DNA from: an uncultured delta proteobacterium
GTDB taxonomy: Bacteria > Desulfobacterota > Binatia > UBA9968
Assembly: GCA_963760795.1 (NCBI GenBank)
Contig: CAVXEP010000019.1
Span: forward strand, 160,001-224,000
DNA: 64,000 nt
Direction of reading: 5' to 3'
The notes below the pieces were generated by a model. That model was not told the origin of the DNA, ran no database searches, and saw only the letters and a program-made list of their open reading frames with translations. Position numbers and translations under genes: made by a program. Shown here piece by piece: positions 10,014 to 18,983 of this stretch. Each line of letters begins with the position of its first letter. Position 1 is the stretch's first letter.

Positions 10014-11276
10014 GTGATGCACTCGAATGAGAGAAAAGTAGCCATTACCGGTCTTGGGGTTTTATCCCCAATTGGGATTGGAAAAGAGCTGTTTTGGGAG
10101 GGTATCAAAAGTGGGCGTTCGGGCATCAAACCGATCACAGCGTTCAACTCGGAAACCTTTCCGGTTCGCATAGCAGGTGAAATTTGCGATTTTGATCCTC
10201 ATTCTTTTTTCCCGCAAATCCTCCTTCGACGGCTGGATCGTTTTGCCGTGATGGGACTAGCAGCCACAAAGCTCGCAATGGAAGACGCCGCTCTACCCGA
10301 TAAATTTAGCGAGGACGAAAGCGATAGGGTCTGTGTTCGAATCGGGACCGCAATCGGCGCTTTGGCCCATGCGGAGGAAGTTCATTCGATCTTCATTGAG
10401 AAAGGGGCTAGGCGCATCCCGCCTTTTTTTAGTAGCTTAGTCTTACCAAGTTCACTTGCCACTCAAATCGGTATGTTTTGTGGCGTACATGGCTCAATAT
10501 CCACGATAGTCTCAGCGTGTGCATCCGGAACTTCGGCTATCGGCGAGGCATTTAGGCTGATTCGGCGAGGTGAATATGATGTGGCCATCACTGGTGCATC
10601 GGACGCGCCGATTACACCTTTGGTCATTACAGCGTTCTCCTCAGTTGGCCTTCTGTCATCACGTAACGATGAGCCGACTATGGCCTGTCGTCCATATAGT
10701 ATCGACCGCGATGGGATTGTGCTTGCTGAAGGTGCAGCCATCGTTATTCTCGAAGAAATGAATCATGCTCTCTCTCGTGGTGCTCGAATTTATGGGGAAA
10801 TTCTTGGTTATGGGGAGGCTTTTGATGGCTTTCACACCCACCATCCGCTTCCCTCAGGTGATTTCTGCGTGAGAGCGATGTCTGCCGCACTTAATGATGC
10901 TCACCTTAACTGTGACGACGTCGATTATGTGAATCCGCACGGAAGTGCATCAATTCAAAATGATAAAGCAGAAACGATGGCGATAAGGAAAGTTTTTGGC
11001 AACCATGCAGGGCAACTTTGTGCGAGTTCGACGAAGTCCATTATTGGTCACAGTCTCGGAGCTTGCGGTGCGTTAGAATTTCTCGCCTGTGTTTTAATGT
11101 TAGATCGTCAGTACATTCACCCAACCCTCAACTTAACCAGCCAGGATCCGGAGTGTGATCTTGACTTCGTTCCAAATGTTGGACGAGCGACGTCTGTTCG
11201 AAACATCATGAAATTGTCGAGCGGATTTGGTGGTTACAATGCTGCCTGCGTACTCGGCCAAGGCGATCATAGATAA
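10014..11276 (+). CDS. Stand-alone beta-ketoacyl-ACP synthase II (FabF-like ketosynthase)
   Basis: VAITGLG, SACASG (Cys), NPHGS (His), IGHSLG (His), GFGG. Confidence 0.9.
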   Translation: MMHSNERKVAITGLGVLSPIGIGKELFWEGIKSGRSGIKPITAFNSETFPVRIAGEICDFDPHSFFPQILLRRLDRFAVMGLAATKLAMEDAALPDKFSEDESDRVCVRIGTAIGALAHAEEVHSIFIEKGARRIPPFFSSLVLPSSLATQIGMFCGVHGSISTIVSACASGTSAIGEAFRLIRRGEYDVAITGASDAPITPLVITAFSSVGLLSSRNDEPTMACRPYSIDRDGIVLAEGAAIVILEEMNHALSRGARIYGEILGYGEAFDGFHTHHPLPSGDFCVRAMSAALNDAHLNCDDVDYVNPHGSASIQNDKAETMAIRKVFGNHAGQLCASSTKSIIGHSLGACGALEFLACVLMLDRQYIHPTLNLTSQDPECDLDFVPNVGRATSVRNIMKLSSGFGGYNAACVLGQGDHR

Positions 11277-11277
11277 C

Positions 11278-13449
11278 GTGTCCTGGTACATTATAAATTA
11301 TTTGTTCGGGGCTTTGTCTTCACTTGTTGCTGGACTCTTCATTTTATATCGAGGAGAGACGCGAGTGTCGACGAGGCGAACCTGGTTCGCCCTTTGTGTA
11401 TCTGTCAGCGGCTGGCATCTCGGTCGTTTTCTGATGACTCAAGCCGCAACCGAGGTTGTTGCCCAATACGCAACGCTGATAGTTTATCTTGGAGCGATAC
11501 TGATACCTCCAACGTATTTGCATTTTGTACTTTCTTTATTGACAGAAGAAAAGCGACATTTGAGGCTGTTAGTTGTGGCGTATGGTGTTGCCCTGATCGA
11601 GTTCTTTTTCTACTTTCATGGGTCGCTCTTGAGTGGAGTACGGCAGTATTCATACGGAGGATTCTACGAGATCCCTGGGGAGTTTTACCTGGTATACGTT
11701 GCTAGTTTCGTCGCCTTGCCAATCATAGCGTTCGCTAAATTACTCGACTCTTTTCGCCGCACCGATGCGGTTGTGAAGAGAAACCAACTCAAATACGTAA
11801 TTTATTCAACTGTGATTGGGTTCGTTGCGGGCGGCATGTCGTTCACTCCATTCTTTACGTCGCAAGTGCCACCCTTTGGGGCGCCTCTAGTCTATCTCTA
11901 TACTTTGCCTATTACCTATGCCGTTACGCATTATCGGTTAATGGATATCAGCGTAGTCATTAAGCGAAGTGTCATTTACGCGGCGTTACTTGTAGGACTG
12001 TTAATCCCGTGTTTCCTAGTCGTCATTTGGGGACAGCATCTTGCCTTTGACGCCGTAAATGTCAATTTTTCTGTCGCGATTCTTCTTTTATTCATAACTG
12101 TCGGTTTTTTATTTCCCAAAGTTCGCTTCAGAACCGAAGATGCGCTAGAGCGAGTGCTGTTCAAGAAGGGATTTGACTACCGTGAAACCCTGCTGCGCTC
12201 CAGCCAAGACATGGTCTCAATCGTCGAAATCAAAGCGCTATCTGTAAAACTCGTTGAGACTATCGGCAAGTCGCTGCGGATTGACAAAGTTTCGCTTCTG
12301 CTCAGCAACGAAGGGAAGGGCAGTTACAATTTAGAAGCGAGCGTTGGCCTCGACTTCGAGCATCCGGAGCGAATACTCTTGTCGCGCGATGGACCCTTGA
12401 TCAAGCTCTTGCAGAGCCGCAAAGAGCCGATCATCAAGGAGGAGCTAGAGTGGGTGCCGGTGGGACCGGAGACGCCGCAGACGATTGACACCATGGGCAA
12501 GCTCGGCGCGGAGATCAGTTTGCCGATCATCTCGAAGGAAAAGCTCATCGGTATTTTGAATTTGGGCCACAAAGAAGACAAATCTCTTTACTCGGATGAA
12601 GATTTGGAATTGCTTTCAACCCTAGGGAATCAGGCGGCGATCGCCATCGAAAACGCCCGGCTATATGAAAATCTCAAACAATCCCAAGTGACTCTGCGGC
12701 GAGCCGATCGGCTTTCTTCGTTAGGTTTGTTGACCGCCGGGCTGGCCCATGAGATCCGCAATCCGTTGGTGGCGATCCGCACCTTTACACAACTCTTGCC
12801 AGAACGCTACAATGACGCGGAATTCCGCGATGGGTTTCAGGGTTTGGCGCTCAAAGAGGTTGACCGCATTTGTGGTTTGATCAACGATCTGCTCAGTTTC
12901 GCGCGCCCGTCTAAGCCCAATGTCGCGCCGGAAAATATCAACGATGTGGTCGACAACATCGCGCGTATTTTGGAGGCTCAGGCCAAGGAAAAAGGCGTTG
13001 TCATCGTTCGCGACTTCGCCACCGAGGTTCCCAAGGCCTGGATTGACAGAGAACAGATGAAGCAGGTATTTATGAACCTCATACTCAATGCGATCCAAGC
13101 CATGGACGGAGAGGGTTCCATCACAATCTCGAGCCGGGAGGTTACGCGCCGAGGCACGGCGCCGGTCGGGCAGTTTGTCCAGGTGGAGGTGCGCGATACC
13201 GGTGTCGGTATTCCGGACGATAATCTGGAGCATATTTTCGATCCGTTCTTTACCAGCGGCAAGGAAGAAGGCAGTGGCTTGGGGTTGGCCGTGTCTCATC
13301 AGATTGTCGAGGAACATGGCGGTTTTCTCACCGTGGAGAGTAAGGTAGGACAGGGAACCGGGTTTTTTGTCCATTTGCCTGTTAGCGCTCCGGTTCGGGC
13401 CGGCGCGAGCGGTATGGCTAACACCCACGAGCGGTACGGTTTTCACTGA
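11278..13449 (+). CDS. Sensor histidine kinase: N-terminal multi-TM (HisKA_7TM-like) region, GAF, HisKA, HATPase
   Basis: GTG 11278 lies 1 nt after the ketosynthase stop; TYAVTHYRLMDI at the end of the 7TM region; GAF (NQAAIAIENARLY); AHEIRNPL; NAIQAM; DTGVG; GSGLGL. Confidence 0.92.
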   Translation: MSWYIINYLFGALSSLVAGLFILYRGETRVSTRRTWFALCVSVSGWHLGRFLMTQAATEVVAQYATLIVYLGAILIPPTYLHFVLSLLTEEKRHLRLLVVAYGVALIEFFFYFHGSLLSGVRQYSYGGFYEIPGEFYLVYVASFVALPIIAFAKLLDSFRRTDAVVKRNQLKYVIYSTVIGFVAGGMSFTPFFTSQVPPFGAPLVYLYTLPITYAVTHYRLMDISVVIKRSVIYAALLVGLLIPCFLVVIWGQHLAFDAVNVNFSVAILLLFITVGFLFPKVRFRTEDALERVLFKKGFDYRETLLRSSQDMVSIVEIKALSVKLVETIGKSLRIDKVSLLLSNEGKGSYNLEASVGLDFEHPERILLSRDGPLIKLLQSRKEPIIKEELEWVPVGPETPQTIDTMGKLGAEISLPIISKEKLIGILNLGHKEDKSLYSDEDLELLSTLGNQAAIAIENARLYENLKQSQVTLRRADRLSSLGLLTAGLAHEIRNPLVAIRTFTQLLPERYNDAEFRDGFQGLALKEVDRICGLINDLLSFARPSKPNVAPENINDVVDNIARILEAQAKEKGVVIVRDFATEVPKAWIDREQMKQVFMNLILNAIQAMDGEGSITISSREVTRRGTAPVGQFVQVEVRDTGVGIPDDNLEHIFDPFFTSGKEEGSGLGLAVSHQIVEEHGGFLTVESKVGQGTGFFVHLPVSAPVRAGASGMANTHERYGFH

Positions 13450-13765
13450 TAATGCGGACCTTAGTCATTGATGAGTCTGTGGGCGTTTACAAAACGCCGA
13501 CTTCAACCAGCTGTTGCAAAGCGCGATTGCGCTCGAGGAAAAGACCAAAATCGCCGGCGGCCAGATTCACGCCTTGCACTAAACGGTAACCCCGTTTGAT
13601 TGGAAGAAAAACGGACGCTTCAGACCAATTTGCTCCGACAAAAAACAGCTGGCGTACATCGAACGATCGTTGTTCGATTGTCATTCTTGTCACTTTTTGC
13701 CCACCGTTGACAGTGTCAAGGTTGCTTCCCGCAAGCTAACTGTTTGAAAAATAAACGCTGCGAAT

Positions 13766-13781
13766 TGGCCTGTAGGTTGCT
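13766..13781 (+). promoter_or_regulatory. sigma54 (-24/-12) promoter
   Basis: TGGCCTGTAGGTTGCT with correct GG-N10-GC spacing; IHF-like TAACTGTTTGAAA at 13737-13749; RBS GAGGAG and ATG at 13805 downstream. Confidence 0.7.
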
Positions 13782-13804
13782 GATAGACAGCTCTGAGGAG
13801 TACC

Positions 13805-14053
13805 ATGACATGTTGATCAGCCAGCCCGGACCTTGGCCATGACCTCGGTCAAGGTGGCCCTATGGGGTCGGTCGCCGATTGCTTGAACGCCCACAGCGTT
13901 CGGCCCGAGGATAGCCGCCTGCTGCTTGGTGCGTTGTTAGCCAAACATTGGGTGGAAAAAAACGGCGACCGCTTTATCACGGACCAGCCCAAGGCGGAAA
14001 TAGACATGGTTAGAATGGAGTTCCCGATTGTTGAGTACGGAAAAAAAAACTGA
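13805..14053 (+). pseudogene. Probable gene remnant; C-terminal part resembles a degenerate HATPase end
   Basis: RBS+ATG 13805 reads MTC-TGA, then continues in frame into ORF 13862..14053; LGALLAKHWVEKNGDRF...VRMEFPI aligns loosely with GLGLAVSHQIVEEHGGFL...FVHLPV of the upstream kinase. Confidence 0.4.
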
Positions 14054-14054
14054 C

Positions 14055-15467
14055 ATGAGTCAGCCCTTATTGTTGGTGGTGGACGACGAAGCCGGCGTGC
14101 GCCAATCGCTGCAAATGGTGTTCAACAAGATTTACCGGGTTTTGGAAGCCTCGTCCGCCGATGAAGCGATGCAGAAGGTTACCGAGGAAAGGCCAGACGC
14201 TGTGCTCTTGGACGTCATGATGCCGGGCGCCGACGGCCTCGGTGTGCTCAAGCAAATCAAATCTATCCACCCCGACTGCCAGGTGATCATGCTCACCGGT
14301 ATCAATACCGCCAGAACGGCATTTACGGCCAAGGGAACTGGCGCCTTCGATTATGTGACCAAGCCATTTGACGTGGAAGAACTGCGTTTGCGCGTCGAGC
14401 ATGCGCTGGAAAAAGTCCAGCTGTCGAGAGAATTGGAGCGCTTGAAGGAGGAAGTCGGCCGCAAGTACGGCATCGACTTCATCATCGGCAAGTCCAAGCA
14501 AATCACCGACGTCTTCAAAGCGGTCAGCATGGTGGCGGCGAAAAAAAGCACGGTGCTGATTACCGGTGAAAGCGGCACCGGCAAGGAACTCATCGCCAGG
14601 GCGATTCATTACAATAGTGACCGGCGCTCGAAACCTTTCGTGGTGGTGAACTGCGCCGCCTTGCCGGAAAATTTGATGGAGAGCGAGCTGTTCGGTTATG
14701 AACGAGGCGCTTTTACTAACGCGTCGCAGAAGAAGATCGGCCGCTTCGAACTCGCCCATGGCGGCACGTTTTTCCTTGATGAGATCGGCGAACTCGACAT
14801 CGGTGTCCAAGCGAAGTTTCTGCGCGCTATCGAACAAGAGACTTTCAGCCGTCTTGGTGGTACGGACGAAATCAAAGTGGACGTGCGCATCATCGCGGCG
14901 AGTAACCGCGATCTGGAGCAGATGGCCAAAAACGCTGAGTTCCGGCCGGATCTGTTCTACCGGCTCAATGTGATTTCTTTGTTCTTGCCCCCGCTGCGCG
15001 AACGCCGTGACGATATTGTCTTGTTGCTCGACCATTTCTTGCGCCTCAAATCCCAGGAACATTCGATCGCTGCCAAGACGCTGTCCCCTGAGGTTGTCGA
15101 CTTTTTCACGTCTTATCCTTGGCCAGGTAACATTCGCGAGCTGGAGAATTTGATCGAACGCCTGACGATTTTGACGCCTCAAGAAACCGTGACGCTGCGC
15201 GATTTGCCGCCGAGCTTGCGCTCGACGGATCAAACCGCCACGCTCAAAGAAGACGTCTTGAGCGGTTCGCGGCCGCTGAGCGACGCGGTTGACGAGTTCG
15301 AGCGCGAGCTGATCGTCAAAGCCTTGCAGCGCACCGGCTTCAATCAGACCAAGGCCGCATTGATTCTCAACACCAGCCGGCGCATCCTCAAGTACCGCAT
15401 CGAGAAACTCAAGATCCACAATCCCAACGATGAGGACGACGATGACGAGGTGAAATTATCGTCATAA
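14055..15467 (+). CDS. sigma54-dependent response regulator (NtrC/AtoC family)
   Basis: REC, GESGTGKE, ELFGYERGAFTNA (GAFTGA variant), FLDEIGE, C-terminal Fis-type HTH. Confidence 0.95.
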   Translation: MSQPLLLVVDDEAGVRQSLQMVFNKIYRVLEASSADEAMQKVTEERPDAVLLDVMMPGADGLGVLKQIKSIHPDCQVIMLTGINTARTAFTAKGTGAFDYVTKPFDVEELRLRVEHALEKVQLSRELERLKEEVGRKYGIDFIIGKSKQITDVFKAVSMVAAKKSTVLITGESGTGKELIARAIHYNSDRRSKPFVVVNCAALPENLMESELFGYERGAFTNASQKKIGRFELAHGGTFFLDEIGELDIGVQAKFLRAIEQETFSRLGGTDEIKVDVRIIAASNRDLEQMAKNAEFRPDLFYRLNVISLFLPPLRERRDDIVLLLDHFLRLKSQEHSIAAKTLSPEVVDFFTSYPWPGNIRELENLIERLTILTPQETVTLRDLPPSLRSTDQTATLKEDVLSGSRPLSDAVDEFERELIVKALQRTGFNQTKAALILNTSRRILKYRIEKLKIHNPNDEDDDDEVKLSS

Positions 15468-15557
15468 TTGGACATTTTTGTTGCCTTCAGCTTCCTTAAC
15501 GGTCCCTTCTTGCGGGAAAACTCCCTCTAAATTCAATCCCTTACCTAAAACCCCTGG

Positions 15558-15573
15558 TGGCATGCGCCTTGCT
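15558..15573 (+). promoter_or_regulatory. sigma54 (-24/-12) promoter
   Basis: TGGCATGCGCCTTGCT, near-consensus; IHF-like ATTCAATCCCTTA at 15531-15543. Confidence 0.75.
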
Positions 15574-15587
15574 GAAATAGCTTCGCT

Positions 15588-16697
15588 ATGGATGCCAGCA
15601 AACCCAACATATTAGTCGTCGATGACGAGATGGGACCGCGAGAATCGCTCAAGATGATTCTCAACCCCTATTACAATGTGCTTATCGCCGACCGGGGCGC
15701 CCAGGCGATCGAGATGCTCAAGCGGCATCCGGTGGACCTGGTGACCTTAGATCTCAAGATGCCGGGGCTGACCGGCATCAACGTGCTGGAGAAGGTCAAA
15801 GCCCATGATCCCGACATCGAGGCCATCATCATCACCGGCTATGGCTCGCTCGACACGGCCATCGAAGGTTTACGCCTGGGCGCGTTCGATTATATCTCTA
15901 AGCCCTTCGACGTGAACCACATCCTGTCGCTGGTCCGGCGTGGCTTGGAACGGCGCACCGCGAAGGCCAAACTGCGCCAGGTCAAGTCCGATTTTCTCTC
16001 CAACGTTTCCCATGAACTGCGCACGCCGCTCAGCGTGGTTGTCGGCTTCGTCTATCTGCTGCTCAACCAGGTCATCGGCAAGCTCAGCGAGGAACAGCAG
16101 AAGGTTCTCGAAACCGTCTACCGCAATTCGGAAGAGCTTTTGGAGTTGATCGATAACGTGCTGTGGATGACTTCGCTCAACGCCGGCGACGCCAGCGCCA
16201 GTGTCGAGAAGTTCGATGCCCGCGATCTCGTCAAGGAATCGGTTGACCGGCACGAGAAGATGATCCGCGATAAGGGCTTGCAACTCAATGTGCAGTTCGC
16301 CGACGGCGATTTGTCGATGGTCAACGACCGCGCCAAAGTCGAACGGGTTTTTCAGAATATTTTTAATAACTCAGTCAAGTTCACCGCGGCAGGCGAAATC
16401 ACGATCAATGTCGGCGCGTCGGCGGACCGCGCCGCTATGGATTTTGAAATCATCGACACCGGGGTCGGTATCGAGCAGGACAAAATCGCCACGATTTTCG
16501 AACCGTTTCATCAAGCCGACAATTCGTCGCGGCGCGCCTTCTCCGGTTTGGGCATCGGGCTCACGGTGGCGCGCCGCATGGCTGATCTCATCGGTGGTAA
16601 ACTAAGCATCACCAGTAATCCCAACGTCGGGACCCGAGTCCTCATGAGCTTCCCGGCCCAGGCGGCGCTGGCCGCGCAACAGAGAAAATATGCTTAA
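15588..16697 (+). CDS. Hybrid receiver - histidine kinase (REC-HisKA-HATPase)
   Basis: ILVVDDE...LDLKMP...KPF; VSHELRTPL; NNSVKFT; DTGVG; GLGIGL. Confidence 0.93.
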   Translation: MDASKPNILVVDDEMGPRESLKMILNPYYNVLIADRGAQAIEMLKRHPVDLVTLDLKMPGLTGINVLEKVKAHDPDIEAIIITGYGSLDTAIEGLRLGAFDYISKPFDVNHILSLVRRGLERRTAKAKLRQVKSDFLSNVSHELRTPLSVVVGFVYLLLNQVIGKLSEEQQKVLETVYRNSEELLELIDNVLWMTSLNAGDASASVEKFDARDLVKESVDRHEKMIRDKGLQLNVQFADGDLSMVNDRAKVERVFQNIFNNSVKFTAAGEITINVGASADRAAMDFEIIDTGVGIEQDKIATIFEPFHQADNSSRRAFSGLGIGLTVARRMADLIGGKLSITSNPNVGTRVLMSFPAQAALAAQQRKYA

Positions 16698-17391
16698 CCC
16701 GAAATTTATCCGCTGCCGCAACTGTGATGCCGTGCATCATGTGACAGCGTTTGATAAAGCGCCCAGCTATTCCGTTTCAGCCGGCAAAGCCAACGAAACG
16801 GCGGCCAACGATTGGCATGATTTTATGAGCAGTCATGCCGGCCATCGGCTCGAACCGCTTGAGGCCACCGGGCAGAGCTATTTCTCCGACGGCCCGAGCT
16901 CCGATCCCATGGCCACTGGCTTTATCGAGGCTACCGACGGCAAGGAGACCGTCTTACTGCGGCGGGTTCGGTCGACTATTCAGGAGCCACTGCGGTTTGA
17001 ATGGGTTCCAGGCCGACTGGTCCCGGGAGAGTCGACTCTCGACGTACAGGAAAACTCGCTGCGCAAGGAAATGAAACTGCATTTTCCCTGGGCGCCGGCA
17101 GAGCCTTTGTCCGACCAGAAAATCGATTTGTTCGTGCACCTTTATCGCCAGGTCGTCAGCGGCCTCGACGCCCGCTCTGTTTACAGCCGCGAGTTCACCC
17201 TGGTCGATGACAATATCGTTTACGGACAGCTGGACGCTGCCGCCTGGAGCACGCTCCTGGACAATTGCCGAAGCTGCTTTACCACGGACGAGGTGGCGGC
17301 GTTACGCCGATTCATCGAATGCCACCGCGACGCGGACGATGTTTTGGCAGTGGTGATCCGGCGTGGCATGGTCGTCGAGCAACGGCTGTAA
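16690..17391 (+). CDS. Hypothetical protein with CxxC...HxxH putative zinc site
   Basis: Overlaps the kinase stop by 8 nt; CRNCDAVHH...HAGH. Confidence 0.7.
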   Translation: MLNPKFIRCRNCDAVHHVTAFDKAPSYSVSAGKANETAANDWHDFMSSHAGHRLEPLEATGQSYFSDGPSSDPMATGFIEATDGKETVLLRRVRSTIQEPLRFEWVPGRLVPGESTLDVQENSLRKEMKLHFPWAPAEPLSDQKIDLFVHLYRQVVSGLDARSVYSREFTLVDDNIVYGQLDAAAWSTLLDNCRSCFTTDEVAALRRFIECHRDADDVLAVVIRRGMVVEQRL

Positions 17392-17752
17392 CCTTGCCGC
17401 TATTGCCGACCTCACTCCTATAACTTCACGGACCAAAGCACGCAACCCGGCTGCCATTTCTGAAACATCTTCGATAAGGCATCGGTTGACGTGCCCCTCG
17501 CCATTGGGTGAACTCACTCCTTTCTACATCATTCACGGCGAAATGTTCGGACTAGTTTGTCGCGTTCTTGGCTAGCTCGCTGTCGCCCACGCGATTTTTT
17601 TCTGACACTGAATCGTTTGCTTGCATGCTACTGCCCAGTGGTGGCATATCCGTCTTGTACAGTCGGCGTCCTCGATTCGCGCGAGGTATAAGCGCTTTCA
17701 CCGTGCCGACTGTGAGTGAAGCAAACTGGAGAATCAACGGAGGCAATGCAGC

Positions 17753-18902
17753 ATGGCGCAAGATTTTGTCGGTACTAAACGCTGGGTAAGGCAGGCCACT
17801 TCCTACGAGCTTTACATGGACGAGCAAAATCTGCCGATCCATCGCGGCACGGTGGGGTTTTACGACATTCGCGATCTGACTTTGGCGCCTTGGAAGCGCA
17901 TGGGCGCGCAAGGCGCGTTCATCGACCTTAACGGCTGTGGCGGTCTTCAGGGGATGTACGTTATCGAGGTGCCCAGTGCCGGCGTGATTACTCCGGAAAA
18001 GCACATGTACGAGGAGATCTTCTACGTGCTTGAGGGGCGCGGCACGACGGAGATCTGGAACGACGGCGATGGCAACAAGACGCAGACCTTCGAGTGGCAG
18101 CAGGGTAGCCTCTTTTCTCCACCGCTGAATACCTGGCACCGCATCGTCAACGCCACCTCCAGCCCGGCGTTGCTCCTCAGCGTGACCAATGCGCCGCCGA
18201 TCTTTCACCTGTATAGGAGTCAGGACGCGCTGTTTAACAATCCGTACCAATTCAAAGATCGCTACGATGGCAGTGCGGATTACTTCAAAGCGCAGTCAGA
18301 ACTCGGCAAGGATCCGCGCCACGGCCGGGCGCGCAACTACGGTAACATTATCCCGGACGCCGACCGCGTCGAGCTGCCGCTTGACGGTCAGCGCGGCGTC
18401 GGCCACCGGACTTTCTTTTGGAACCTGTCCGGCAATAGTTTTCAGGGCTTCATCGCCCAGTATGCGCCCGGCCGCTACTCCCGCTGTCACAACCATGAAG
18501 CCGGCCCGGTGCTGTTGTGCTTAGGCGGCAAGGGCTACACGATCACCTGGCCCGGCGAGGCGGGGACCACGCCGTGGAAAGACGGCAAGGGCGAGTTGGT
18601 GCTACGCCAAGACTACAAGCCCGGCGGCATCGTCAGTGCCGCCCCCGGCGACGCCGGCTGGTTCCACGGCCACTATGGCGCATCGAAAGAACCTTTGCGT
18701 GTGCTCGCCTTCCTGGGCGGCTTTCCCAGGCGAGTCATGGGTGTGCCCGGCGTCGATTGGCGCGGATTGAATCTCGACATAAAAGAGGGCGGCAGCACCA
18801 TCGAGTACCGCGACGAGGATCCGTATATTCGCAAGATGTTTCAAAGAGCAGTTGGCCAAGGAAGGCGCAGCGTTCAATATGCCTGAAGAAGCGTATCTGT
18901 AA
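17753..18902 (+). CDS. Bicupin (gentisate-dioxygenase-like fold) protein; apparent +1 frameshift near 18839
   Basis: KHMYEEIFYV...PPLNTWHRI and HNHEAGP...WFHGH; removing one T gives ...MFKEQLAKEGAAFNMPEEAYL*. Confidence 0.8.
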
Positions 18903-18983
18903 GGGATTAGAACGGGCAAATTGGAGAGATGGTTATGTCAGCTTCACCCGAGTCCCCGAAGCCGACCCTCCGACCCATTACGG

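Noticed and set aside
9936-10016. Structured RNA between the HTH gene and the ketosynthase (TAGGG/CCCTA and CACTA/TAGTG stems)
   Set aside because: Stems are only 5 bp and cannot be distinguished from chance without covariation data.
13805-13850. Selenocysteine readthrough of MTC-UGA, with a downstream 9-bp hairpin (ACCTTGGCC/GGTCAAGGT)
   Set aside because: The loop does not begin with the G typical of bacterial SECIS and the product resembles no redox selenoprotein; a gene remnant explains it more simply.
14067-15419. Long antisense ORFs (also 50517-52028, 54873-55784, 32404-33279 and others)
   Set aside because: Shadow or alternate frames of well-supported genes in high-GC DNA, with no recognisable motifs.
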